Shown piece by piece: positions 9,721 through 19,232 of a DNA stretch of 64,000 nucleotides. The stretch lies in the NCBI GenBank assembly GCA_024654505.1, contig JANLHN010000003.1, positions 4,314 through 68,313 of the forward strand. The letters run 5' to 3'. How positions within the stretch are numbered: the stretch's first letter is position 1; each line of letters starts with the position of its first letter. Source of the stretch: Nanobdellota archaeon. GTDB lineage: Archaea > Nanobdellota > Nanobdellia > Pacearchaeales > GW2011-AR1. The position numbers and the translations under genes were made by a program. The notes under the pieces are model-generated. The model ran no database searches. It was not told where the DNA came from and was given only the letters and a program-made list of their open reading frames with translations.

Positions 9721-10782
9721 ATGGAAAAAGAGTGGAAGGCAATAAGCTTATTTGCTGGGTGTGGAGGAGATACCCAAGGTTTAGAGGACGCTGGAATTAA
9801 GGTTGTGGGATTTGTTGAATTCTGGAAGAGGGCAATTGAAACACATAAACTCAATTTTCCAGAATCTACTTTTATTGGGCAAGATGTTGGGGGAGATATA
9901 ACCAAGATTTCTGATGAAGAGTTTAGGAAATATGAGGGGCAAATTGATGTTTTATTTGCCGGGTTTCCATGTCAGGGATTTTCTCATGCTGGAAAGAAAG
10001 ACCCAAACGATACAAGGAATAAATTATTTTGGGAGTTTGTTAGAGCTACAAAATTAATAAAACCTAAATGGATAATTGGAGAAAATGTTGCCGGATTATT
10101 ACATAGAAAAACTGATGATGGGGAAAGTGATGTAGCGGAAGTTATTGTTAAAGCATTTGAAGAAATCGGTTATAAAATGGCTAAACCAAAAGTTTTGAAA
10201 GCGGAAGAATATGGAGTCCCTCAAAAAAGGCGGAGGGTTTTCTTTGTTGGTAGTAAAGAGGGTATAGAGTTTGGTTTTCCAAAACCCTTACACACCAAGA
10301 ATAATTTACCCACAATAAGGCATTTAATTGAACTAACTAATATAAATTCTGTTGAAAGTAATCCCTCAGAGGTTCATGAATTAAAGGAAAAGGATATATT
10401 ATTCTATGATTCTGATGAAGAGCCAACAGGGAAACCACATCCCTATTTATTAATGAAATTAAAAGAAGGGAAAATTTCTTTTGGTAGAAGAATATCCCCC
10501 CACCATATAGAGATGGCAAACTTAGACTCTCCTACCAAGACAATCCATTGTGGATATAGTTTTCAACCAAGATTATATGTAGGAATAAAAAATAATAAAG
10601 GTTTTTTTCTAAGAGATTTTACAAACAAGGAATTGGCACAGATACAGGGCTTTCCAAAAGAATATATGTTCGCGGGGAATCGAGCAGATGTTGTAAAGCA
10701 AATTGGAAATGCTGTTCCTCCAAAACTTGTTGAAGAAATAGCCCGAGAGATTATGAAAAGAGATAAAAAATTGAGTGGTTAA
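9721..10782 (+). CDS. dcm: DNA (cytosine-5)-methyltransferase
   Basis: Motif I FAGCGG, motif IV GFPCQGFS, ENV, QKRRR. Confidence 0.9.
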   Translation: MEKEWKAISLFAGCGGDTQGLEDAGIKVVGFVEFWKRAIETHKLNFPESTFIGQDVGGDITKISDEEFRKYEGQIDVLFAGFPCQGFSHAGKKDPNDTRNKLFWEFVRATKLIKPKWIIGENVAGLLHRKTDDGESDVAEVIVKAFEEIGYKMAKPKVLKAEEYGVPQKRRRVFFVGSKEGIEFGFPKPLHTKNNLPTIRHLIELTNINSVESNPSEVHELKEKDILFYDSDEEPTGKPHPYLLMKLKEGKISFGRRISPHHIEMANLDSPTKTIHCGYSFQPRLYVGIKNNKGFFLRDFTNKELAQIQGFPKEYMFAGNRADVVKQIGNAVPPKLVEEIAREIMKRDKKLSG

Positions 10783-10844
10783 GTTATAATTTTGTCTAGA
10801 TGGAAGTGCATTTTACTTAAATAGCATACACCCCTTTATTATTC

Positions 10845-11687
10845 ATGCCTCAAAAGATAGATTCAATTGGGAGAGCACATGAATGGACTACAGCTTCCCT
10901 TTTAGATGATTCTGAAAATTTAAAGAAGAAATCAAAAGAGTATCTAAATCGGCTTTCATTGAAAATAGATCAAGATAGGGTGATTTTAGCAAGTAAAAAA
11001 GCTTCTGAAAAGATTAGGGAATTAGTGGGACAAGAAATAAAAACTGCCAAAGTTGTTGGGGAGGAAAATAAAAAACAAGGTGGAGAAGATTTCGATATTT
11101 TATTAGAATTGGTGGACGGATCTAGGAAAGGATATTCTCTTAAAACCCAAAATAATTTTAGTGGAGTTAATGTTAGGAATTTTACTCCAAACTCTCTTTG
11201 TAAAATCTTTACGGGTAAGGGATTTGAAGATTTTTTAGATAACGAAGAAAAAAAGAATTATTTGGAATTGGGTGATCTTTATTCAAAAGATATGGTTAAA
11301 TCAGAGGTTATTGGGAAATGGGGAGCTCAAAAATTAGCCGAGATTTTGAGTAGGGAATTTTCTATAGACAAAATATCTTTTGTTAAAAATTTACTTTCAG
11401 AAATGAGGGGAGGAACTAATCTTCTTTTGACTGTGGTTAATAAAAATGGAGAATTTAAGGGTTATTGTACTAAATTTTCTTCCATTTTCGAGAAGCTGAG
11501 AAAGGAACCGGAGAATCTTAGAATATCTTTCCAGGGTATAAGTGTTCTCTTTTATCTAAAAGAGGATAGAATATGTAAGTTTGATATCTATATGCAATCT
11601 ACTAGCTCTGGAAAGAAAAAGAAACTCCGGGGAGTAATAAGGATTGACTTTATTCCCGACAATTCTGGAATTCAAGAAACCTTATAA
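10845..11687 (+). CDS. hypothetical protein; candidate restriction endonuclease or partner of the adjacent MTase
   Basis: Position only, 62 nt after the C5-MTase. No recognisable motif. Confidence 0.25.
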   Translation: MPQKIDSIGRAHEWTTASLLDDSENLKKKSKEYLNRLSLKIDQDRVILASKKASEKIRELVGQEIKTAKVVGEENKKQGGEDFDILLELVDGSRKGYSLKTQNNFSGVNVRNFTPNSLCKIFTGKGFEDFLDNEEKKNYLELGDLYSKDMVKSEVIGKWGAQKLAEILSREFSIDKISFVKNLLSEMRGGTNLLLTVVNKNGEFKGYCTKFSSIFEKLRKEPENLRISFQGISVLFYLKEDRICKFDIYMQSTSSGKKKKLRGVIRIDFIPDNSGIQETL

Positions 11688-11709
11688 ATATCTTCTTCTT
11701 CATCTATTA

Positions 11710-12096
11710 ATGGCTGATGAAAGGGATGTAGTGGTAGTCTCTATAGATGATTACTCTTGGAACATTCTAAAAAAGAAAAACTTTTTTGCCTTTCCAAAAG
11801 GATCGAGGAAGATATTAAAGTATTTTGCGTTTTATACTGGTGGGAAAATTACTCATTATGCTAAGGTTAAATCATTTAAGGAGGCGAGTAAGGGTGAGGT
11901 TGGTTTTGGTTATTGGCTTTACTGTTTTCCAGATGCAAATCCCCCATTCCACCTAGTTCTTTTTGAGCGGATGATTAAATTAAAAAACACTATAAAGAAA
12001 GACAATCTTGGAAGGGGAAGGGGTCATGTTCAGGGTAGGATATATACTACCCTAAACAAACTTCTAAAAGCAAAAACAATTAAAGATTTGGCTTAG
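11710..12096 (+). CDS. hypothetical protein, possibly PUA-like (ASCH/EVE-type) fold
   Basis: ATG MADERD start chosen over the upstream alternative. The beta-rich small protein follows the MTase locus. The fold call is a weak guess. Confidence 0.25.
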   Translation: MADERDVVVVSIDDYSWNILKKKNFFAFPKGSRKILKYFAFYTGGKITHYAKVKSFKEASKGEVGFGYWLYCFPDANPPFHLVLFERMIKLKNTIKKDNLGRGRGHVQGRIYTTLNKLLKAKTIKDLA

Positions 12097-12143
12097 ATCG
12101 GGGTTATAGTAACTCTTTTATATGTGTTCCACATGTTAAATCT

Positions 12144-12431
12144 ATGGTAAAGAAAAGCCAAGATTCTTCCCAATTGAGTGTTGTAATTGGTATTTGTTTA
12201 ATCTTGGGTTTTATATTATTCTGGTTGAATTCAGGTTCTAGTGACAATTCAAGAATAATTAAGGATTACACTTCTTGTGTTGAATGGTGTGTTTCTGACC
12301 AAGAAACATGTATGTTTTTTAATATAGTCTATGATAACCAAAGAAATGCGTGGATGGACTTTGATGAAGTTGAGTTATGTAATTTGGAACTTGAGGGTTG
12401 TGTGGAGGATTGTGCCCCGAATATAAAATAA
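12144..12431 (+). CDS. small secreted/membrane Cys-containing protein
   Basis: N-terminal TM plus six Cys. Confidence 0.4.
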   Translation: MVKKSQDSSQLSVVIGICLILGFILFWLNSGSSDNSRIIKDYTSCVEWCVSDQETCMFFNIVYDNQRNAWMDFDEVELCNLELEGCVEDCAPNIK

Positions 12432-12958
12432 TGAAAAAGAAAAAATATGATCTAACAGAGGGGGAAGAAATAATAAAAGACTACTTGGATTCGGAAGATA
12501 TCAAATATGAGATCCAAAAGGAGATAGGCCCTTTAATAGAAGATTCTTATGAGAAGAGAATCTCTGACTTTTATTTGACTCAATATAAAGTTCATGTTGA
12601 ATTTTTTGGGCAATGGGGTATAGAAAAACATAAGGCAAGATATAAAGAAAAGAGGGATATTTACCAAAAGAATAAGGTTCCCTGTATTTACTTTTATCCT
12701 GAAAATCTTGGCTTCTTAGATAAAATATTCAAAAGAAGGTTAAAAAAAGTTTTACAGGATAACAAAGCTCTTAGGTGGCAATTATTTAGGTTAAATTGGC
12801 AGATGTTTCAAGAGCAACTTAGTTTATTTGTTGTTTTATTAGTTCTCTTAGTTTTTTATGTCGATGGGACAATATGGAAGGTTTTTTTTAGCCTGGTTGC
12901 ATTGTATCAATTTTATTTGGCAGCGAGAAATTCTTTTTTTAAGAGAATAGTAAAATAG
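12431..12958 (+). CDS. hypothetical protein with C-terminal TM segment
   Basis: ORF; MKKKKYD start taken right after the upstream stop. Confidence 0.4.
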   Translation: MKKKKYDLTEGEEIIKDYLDSEDIKYEIQKEIGPLIEDSYEKRISDFYLTQYKVHVEFFGQWGIEKHKARYKEKRDIYQKNKVPCIYFYPENLGFLDKIFKRRLKKVLQDNKALRWQLFRLNWQMFQEQLSLFVVLLVLLVFYVDGTIWKVFFSLVALYQFYLAARNSFFKRIVK

Positions 12959-13000
12959 TATTCATACCAATCTCCAATAACTATCCCTATAAAATCCTTT

Positions 13001-13047
13001 CCCCCAACATCCACCCCCACAATATTTATATTTGGGGGATGTGGGGG
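13001..13047 (+). promoter_or_regulatory. rarA promoter: TATA-like AATATTTATATTT flanked by the inverted G/C-rich repeats CCCCCAACATCCACCCCC and GGGGGATGTGGGGG
   Basis: Read directly. The ATG is 7 nt downstream of the right repeat, so the transcript is leaderless. Confidence 0.45.
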
Positions 13048-13053
13048 TTTAAC

Positions 13054-14310
13054 ATGAAAGTTAATAGCAACTCACCCCTCGCTTATCGTATACGTCCGCG
13101 AGTCATAGATGAAGTAATAGGGCAGGAGGCTTTGCTGGGGATGGGGAAGCCTCTTCGGATTATGTTGGAAGATAATAAGCTGCCCGGGTCGGTTATTTTA
13201 TGGGGGCCGCCGGGATGTGGGAAGACGACACTTGCTCGGCTCATGTCTAAATTGGTCGGTTATGACCTTGTGGAGATTAGTGCTGTGAGGGCTGGGAAGG
13301 CAGACATTGAAAGGGCTATAAATTCTTCTCGATTGATGGGGAAAAAGACAATTTTATTTGTGGATGAAATTCATAGATTTAATAAATTACAACAGGACTT
13401 CTTGCTTCCATTTGTTGAGTCGGGGGTAATTACTCTTGTGGGGGCGACTACAGAGAATCCCAGTTTTGAAGTTATTTCTCCATTGCTCTCAAGAAGCAGA
13501 GTTTTCATTTTACAATCTCTTAATGAGGGAGATTTACTTTCTATTTTGAATCGGGCGATTAATCATCCAGAGGGGATTAATGATGTGAATATTAATGAAG
13601 ATAATAAGAAACTAATTGCTAATTTATCTAATGGGGATGCTCGGGCCGCCCTGAATATTTTAGAGTTGGTTAGTTCATTAACTAAGGGCAAGGAAGTGAC
13701 TAAGGAAATTATTTTGACATCTGTTCAAAAGTCTTTGAGATATGATAAGGGTGGAGAGGAACATTATAACATTATTTCTGCGATGCATAAGAGTCTTAGA
13801 GATTCTGATGTTCAAGCGAGTATTTATTGGACTATGAGGATGATTGAGGCTGGAGAAGACCCAGAGTATATAATCAGAAGAATGATTCGTTTTGCAAGTG
13901 AGGATATAGGGAATGCGGACCCGAATGCTTTAGGAGTTGCGGTTAATGCAATGCACTCAGTTAGATTTCTTGGGTATCCTGAATGTAATACTGCTTTGAT
14001 TCAATGTGCAATATATTTGGCGAACGCCCCTAAGTCAAATAAGGTATACGAGGCAGTTAACAAAGCAAAAGAAGTGATAAAGAGAACCGGAAATTTGGGA
14101 GTTCCATTAAACATTCGTAATGCTCCAACACAATTTATGAAAAACATTGGTTATGGTGGAGGTTATAGGTATGCACATGATTTCAAAGATGCTAAAGTAG
14201 AACAAGAGCATCTTCCTTCAGAAATTAAAGATGAAGTTTTCTATGAACCAACGGATAGGGGATTTGAGGGAGAGATGAAGAGGAAGAGAGATGTAAGAGA
14301 GGAAAGGTAG
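13054..14310 (+). CDS. rarA: replication-associated recombination protein A (RarA/MgsA AAA+ ATPase)
   Basis: LWGPPGCGKTTLA Walker A, a DEIHRF sensor region and a conserved MgsA C-terminal domain (AMHKSLRDSD..IYW..RMIEAGEDP). Confidence 0.85.
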   Translation: MKVNSNSPLAYRIRPRVIDEVIGQEALLGMGKPLRIMLEDNKLPGSVILWGPPGCGKTTLARLMSKLVGYDLVEISAVRAGKADIERAINSSRLMGKKTILFVDEIHRFNKLQQDFLLPFVESGVITLVGATTENPSFEVISPLLSRSRVFILQSLNEGDLLSILNRAINHPEGINDVNINEDNKKLIANLSNGDARAALNILELVSSLTKGKEVTKEIILTSVQKSLRYDKGGEEHYNIISAMHKSLRDSDVQASIYWTMRMIEAGEDPEYIIRRMIRFASEDIGNADPNALGVAVNAMHSVRFLGYPECNTALIQCAIYLANAPKSNKVYEAVNKAKEVIKRTGNLGVPLNIRNAPTQFMKNIGYGGGYRYAHDFKDAKVEQEHLPSEIKDEVFYEPTDRGFEGEMKRKRDVREER

Positions 14311-14344
14311 AGTTTTTATAATTGTTAAAATTAGCATAATTGGG

Positions 14345-15112
14345 ATGAAACCAAAAATAAAATTTAGCATTCCAAAGCCTGAAAAGGCGGCAGAGTTTGT
14401 TTATTCTCTAAAAGAAAATCTAGGGGGAACACTGGGAGATGCTAAAGAAAGGTATGAGAATGAGGCCGAATGTATATTTATTCCCTTAAGTAAAAGTTTG
14501 GTTGAAAGGATGATTCTGAGTAAGAAATTAACTCCGAAACTAAGAGAAGAACTCTCAAAGATAATTACGCCGATATTGGAAAGAAAAAAAGAAAAGTTGG
14601 AGGGGATGATAGTTAAGATTGAGAGATTATGGGGGGAAGTAGGGAGTAGTTATTGGGAAGAAATAGAGAATTATTTTCCTGGGATGTTTGAAAAGGAGTA
14701 TAATGCTTATTTAACTAATGTTGTTTGCGGGGCTTATTTTGGGAAAAATGAAGTTACTATTCCCCTTTACAAGGGAGAAAATGAGAAGTTATTCGTCTAT
14801 GTTATGGCTGAAGAATTATTACATCTTGTTTATTGGAAATTTTTGGAAAAGCTTTTTGGTAAAGAGAAAACAGAGTTTATGTGGAAGTCAGGAAAGAAAA
14901 AGTGGAATGCATGGAATATTAGTGAGGTAATCCCTGAGTATATTTTAATTAATAATCCTAAATTCCAGAAGTTGGGGTGGAGAAAGTTTGATAGAACAAC
15001 ACATTATCCTTGGCTTGATGATTTGAAGGAGATTCTTAATCCTTTGTGGGAAAAAAAGACTAGTTTTAAAGATTTTGTAATAAAAAGTTATAAGGTTTTG
15101 GGAGTTTTATGA
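14345..15112 (+). CDS. hypothetical protein
   Basis: ORF only. Confidence 0.4.
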   Translation: MKPKIKFSIPKPEKAAEFVYSLKENLGGTLGDAKERYENEAECIFIPLSKSLVERMILSKKLTPKLREELSKIITPILERKKEKLEGMIVKIERLWGEVGSSYWEEIENYFPGMFEKEYNAYLTNVVCGAYFGKNEVTIPLYKGENEKLFVYVMAEELLHLVYWKFLEKLFGKEKTEFMWKSGKKKWNAWNISEVIPEYILINNPKFQKLGWRKFDRTTHYPWLDDLKEILNPLWEKKTSFKDFVIKSYKVLGVL

Positions 15113-15253
15113 ATAAAAAGATAATTTCTTTTATTACCAATGGTAAAGAATTTCTTGTTTTAAGAAATAATCTCAAAGACCCAGCTCATGGAGGGGACCA
15201 TTTAGAGAGCAATTTTTTGGCTTTTGTGATGAAGAAGCGGGATGAAAGAAGAA

Positions 15254-15273
15254 CACAATAATTCTTAAAAACC
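15254..15273 (+). promoter_or_regulatory. conserved leaderless promoter module CACAATAATTCTTAAAAACC (BRE/TATA)
   Basis: Near-identical 20-mers occur at 3265-3283 and 62141-62160. Each sits 38-39 nt upstream of an ATG. Confidence 0.5.
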
Positions 15274-15292
15274 TTGGATTGGTTTGTTTTTT

Positions 15293-15715
15293 ATGGCAGA
15301 AGATTTTGAAAGATTTAAATTGAAAACATATGATTTATGGGATTTATTTCTTCATGAGAGACAGTCTCCATACATCGGGAGGGCTTATGCCTGGGCAAGG
15401 AGACCTGAAGCAGATTTAGTTTCTGATGCTTCTAGAGGAGAGATATTGGAATTATTTGAAGTGGTTATTCCTGATTGGGAAAGAGCAACAAGGGAATTAT
15501 TTAGGCATGACAGATCTAATGTGGCGATACTCGGGAATGAAGCACCCCATCTTCATGCACATTTAATACCTCGATATCAAACATCTAGAACTTTCGCAGG
15601 GATAGATTTTGTTGACCCAAATCCTAGGGGAAATTATGCTCCCTACCCAAAAGTAGGTTTGGATGAAGCTGTTGTTTTTCAGATTAGAGATTTGATGAAG
15701 GGAAAACTTTCTTAA
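15293..15715 (+). CDS. HIT family protein (histidine triad hydrolase)
   Basis: HLHAHLIPR histidine-triad motif. Confidence 0.7.
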   Translation: MAEDFERFKLKTYDLWDLFLHERQSPYIGRAYAWARRPEADLVSDASRGEILELFEVVIPDWERATRELFRHDRSNVAILGNEAPHLHAHLIPRYQTSRTFAGIDFVDPNPRGNYAPYPKVGLDEAVVFQIRDLMKGKLS

Positions 15716-15737
15716 ACTCTCCTTTCTTTTATAAAAC

Positions 15738-16181
15738 ATGGACTTTACCACAATAATCCTTGTCGTCATCTTGTTAGTTGTTGTATATATTGCTTATAAG
15801 GTTGGACATCGCACGGGGGCTGGAATGATGGACAGAAAATGGCAGGAAGATTTGCCAGGATATCGCCAAGATGCGATTAATAGGTCTAGGGCTGTTCTTG
15901 GAGGGCATTTCTCTGAACAACTCGCTCCTTATCTGCCAGACTTTCCTTTTTCTCCAACAGAGTCTAGATTTATTGGAAAGCCAATAGATTTGATTGTCTT
16001 CAAAGGTGCAGATGGGAAGAACATTGATGAAGTTGTTTTTGTTGAAGTGAAGTCTGGAAAATCAAAACTTTCTGCACAAGAAAAAAATTTGAAAGAAACT
16101 ATTGATAAAAAGAGAGTTAGATGGGAAGAATATAGAATTCCAGAAGATATTACAAAGAAGAGGGATGTTGAGGAAGGCTAA
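15738..16181 (+). CDS. membrane-anchored PD-(D/E)xK / Holliday-junction-resolvase-like nuclease
   Basis: An N-terminal TM is followed by the IDLIVFK..VVFVEVKSGKS D..E.K core. Confidence 0.4.
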   Translation: MDFTTIILVVILLVVVYIAYKVGHRTGAGMMDRKWQEDLPGYRQDAINRSRAVLGGHFSEQLAPYLPDFPFSPTESRFIGKPIDLIVFKGADGKNIDEVVFVEVKSGKSKLSAQEKNLKETIDKKRVRWEEYRIPEDITKKRDVEEG

Positions 16182-16324
16182 ATCTCTTGTTTAAAAAGTA
16201 GTCATCTTAACCTTATCTTCAGTGATGGGAAAAATTACATCCTCTTCAGGGTCTGGAGAGTTCTTGAATATAGATTATCAATAAGAATAATTCTTAAATA
16301 GTCTGATTAATTTAAACAAATAAG

Positions 16325-16657
16325 ATGAGCCACAAATACATCCAAAAAACTAGTTATTTAAGATTTGACCCGCGAATATTGGAAGGGAGTGATGGGAGGG
16401 CCTTTCCGAGGACTGCGAGAATTCTTTGGCTTGGGTTGACTAGCAAAGTTCTAGACACTCCAAAGTTTAGAGACGAATGTTTGGAGCTCGCCGATGATTT
16501 CAAAAACGGAGGAGTTCCAAGAAGCCCAGATGAGCTGGGAAGAAAGTTGGAAGAGCACAGAATAAGAGTTGTTCCTGAACATTTAGAGGAATTATTTCCT
16601 TACATCCAAGAAGGTAGAGTTCCAGAGTATGAGATTGTTGAAGCAAAAAAGAAATAA
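16325..16657 (+). CDS. hypothetical protein
   Basis: ORF only. Confidence 0.35.
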   Translation: MSHKYIQKTSYLRFDPRILEGSDGRAFPRTARILWLGLTSKVLDTPKFRDECLELADDFKNGGVPRSPDELGRKLEEHRIRVVPEHLEELFPYIQEGRVPEYEIVEAKKK

Positions 16658-16664
16658 CATTCTT

Positions 16665-17570
16665 TTAAATCGTCGTTACTCGAACCTTTCCTTCAGCAAT
16701 TACAAAGGTATTTTCTATTTGACTGACTGGGGCCTTGCTTTTTTCTATCAACAAAGGGTAGTGATGTAAGATATCTTGTTTGACTAGGTTTGGTAAGATG
16801 AATTTTAATCTTGGGAGGCCGGCTTTCTCTAGCCATCTGGAACAGAATGGCCGGGTCTTGTAATTATCTTTGATGAATTGGATTACTTTTCTTGAATCAT
16901 TATCTCTAACTTGTGCTTCGGATATTAGGGCGTAGATTCCTCCGAGGTTTCCCTCATAGATATCTCCAATACCTGTTGTAACAAAGGGTTCTACTGCGAT
17001 TGCGATATTGTCTAGGATTGTTTTGTTGTCCGTTCTGTTATTTGAGACTGTTAGTCCTGCGTGGATAATATGTTGTCCTAATTGATGTCCTGAAAGGGAT
17101 TTGATTGTAGAGAACTGGGTGTTGTTTTCTTTGTTCCATTCTTGGACTGTGTCTTGAACCGAATTTCCAATTTTATTAACTTCTATTCCAGGTTTGATAA
17201 CTTCAAAAAGATTTTTCATTATTGTTTCATTTAGGTTAATCATTTCTTTATGTCTATTGTCTTCTGTTAGGTCTATGGTCATTGCAGTGTCTGCGATGTA
17301 GCCATCAATTGCGATTCCAATATCTATTGTGAAAAGTCCTTTTGCAACTTCTTCGCAGCCGATTTCTGGGGTAAAGTGTGCAGCGATTTCATCAATACAT
17401 AAATTAACTGGAAAGGCGGTCTCGGCCCCCATTTCTTCTATCTTGTCATCTATTGCAATTGCTATGTCAATTAATTTCATTCCTGGTTTGACTAGGTTTC
17501 TTGCGAACTTTTTTATCTCTGAGGCAATTTGTCCTGCCTTGATATAAGACTCAATTTCATGTTTATTCAT
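16665..17570 (-). CDS. map: methionine aminopeptidase, archaeal type 2
   Basis: Pita-bread metal ligands and a MetAP2-type insert. The N-terminus is archaeal-like, MNKHEIESYIKAGQIASEI. Confidence 0.85.
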   Translation of the reverse strand: MNKHEIESYIKAGQIASEIKKFARNLVKPGMKLIDIAIAIDDKIEEMGAETAFPVNLCIDEIAAHFTPEIGCEEVAKGLFTIDIGIAIDGYIADTAMTIDLTEDNRHKEMINLNETIMKNLFEVIKPGIEVNKIGNSVQDTVQEWNKENNTQFSTIKSLSGHQLGQHIIHAGLTVSNNRTDNKTILDNIAIAVEPFVTTGIGDIYEGNLGGIYALISEAQVRDNDSRKVIQFIKDNYKTRPFCSRWLEKAGLPRLKFILPNLVKQDILHHYPLLIEKSKAPVSQIENTFVIAEGKVRVTTI

Positions 17571-17589
17571 CCTATTTTATGTTAAAAGA

Positions 17590-19158
17590 AGTATTTAGGT
17601 TTTGTGGAAACGGCCTTTACGGCCGTTTTTAACCCGGGGCTCCCGGGTTTGGTTCCAAGAGGGTTGTTGTGTTCTTTGTGTGCTGTATAGTGTACTATAA
17701 GATAAATAAAAAAATTCATCCAACATCAGCCCGCCCCCTCCTGGTAAAGAAACCCAGGGTAGGAGAGGGGGGGCGGGCTACGACGGACGAGGAGGGGTGA
17801 GCAGGGAACTTTCTCCTACTCCTCAGGACAACGAGACCCTCTAGGAGAGGGGGACCGACCTACCGTGCCATTCCATCCCGAGGGAGGGAAGGGAGGCGCC
17901 GTGGGAAGCGCAGGGCAGGGATGAAACGACCTTGGGGTTTGCCAAACCACCAAGACAGGAGGGTAGTCGGTCGTCGTGCTATTCTCACGACTTTTCCTGG
18001 TTTGAGCAGGGAGAGAGACCCACCAAGGGAGGAGAGGGCCTTGGCAAGTCAAGATGGGTTAGTCGCCCCCAGCAGCTTAGTCGCGCTGGATGCACGAAAT
18101 TGACGGGATGCTTCACCCGACAGGTGCTGGGGGCGACTGGGTACTGTCTCGATGAAACGGAACTTCCGCTCCACCGCACTTTCCCAAGATTTCTGGTGTC
18201 CCGCCGGTGTCACTTCCTTCCGTTTGGAGGGCCCTTTTGTCCCTTTGGATATCCTTCATCCTGAGTTTTTTTTACCCTTCCTTTCACAGTATGGGTTTTT
18301 TCTCAGAAGTAGGTTTTCCTCGGGGAGATTCTACGGATTTGTCCGCTTCCTCCCTCGCATCCGTGAGCAACACCGACGGGACTAGCCCTATCAAAGGGGG
18401 GAACCCACTACATGGCAAGGGTGTACCTCTAACCAGTTTGGAGAACCCCATTTAGCCACTTATCCCTTGCAGGGTGGTTAGGGTTCGCCTTACTAGCACG
18501 TGAGGCCAGTGCCTAGTTTTCCGGGATCGCCGCCAGTGTGATAGGACCATGGGTTTCAAGAAGGAACTACCGCCCCCTCAGTTCCCTTTTGGGCAACTTA
18601 CCCTTGGGGTACTGGGGCTTTTAGGGGGCGGTTTTGATGCCGAGTAGATAGGGTTCTCCGCCGCCAATACTTTCGTGTTAGACGGCGGACCCATCAGGTA
18701 AAGGAAAAGGTCTCGGTGTGCCGGCCCGCTTACCTACAACATCTAGGGGAGGAGACCTCTTGCTACGCGCGGTCGCTCAGAGTGCCGACCTGGGCGGAGG
18801 GTATGCCCACAAACACTACCTTCCAGACTCTCGTGGTGACCGAGGGGCGGAAGTGTGATTCTCATTGCGGGCTTCATTCGCTCCACAGGACAGAAGACAG
18901 GGGCGGACCGGCACGATTTTCAGGCCAGGTGGGTGAAGCTAAGACATTGCCGAAGACCTTGACAGGAAATGCACAAGACGACCCCACCTGGCCCTAGATT
19001 TCAGTGAGAAATACCTGAAACACCTCTCAGCGACGGACACAGCAACAACTAGAAATAGAATTCTTATTCGATTGCTCGAATCTTCTTCCTGGTTTCTGGT
19101 GTTGCTAGGAATCGTCGTTGGTGGTTCTAAGATGACGGGGTCATCGAAGGAAGGTGTG
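17590..19158. other. GC-rich non-coding block (about 1.5 kb) with no long ORF on either strand; structured RNA or decayed foreign DNA
   Basis: Only 60-110-codon ORFs on both strands. The 16S/23S universal motifs searched for were not found. A GC hairpin, CCCGCCCCCTCCT..AGGAGAGGGGGGGCGGG, lies at the left edge. The edge motifs match those of the 27-34 kb island. Confidence 0.4.
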
Positions 19159-19232
19159 TTTTTTGGTATTTGTGAATATGATTGTAATGAAAATTGTTGT
19201 GATTATCCATTTAAATAGATTACTATACTGGG

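Noticed and set aside
17596-17620. Hairpin AAACGGCC-ttta-GGCCGTTT next to map, considered as the map terminator
   Set aside because: It lies on the 5' side of map (minus-strand gene), so it cannot terminate it. It may be bidirectional or belong to the GC block.
17590-19158. GC-rich 1.5-kb block considered as a 16S or 23S rRNA gene
   Set aside because: No universal rRNA motifs on either strand: GTGCCAGCMGCCGCGGTAA, GGATTAGATACCC, ACACACCGCCCGT, the sarcin-ricin loop and the GGATGCCTTGGC 23S 5' end were checked. Kept as an unclassified non-coding block.
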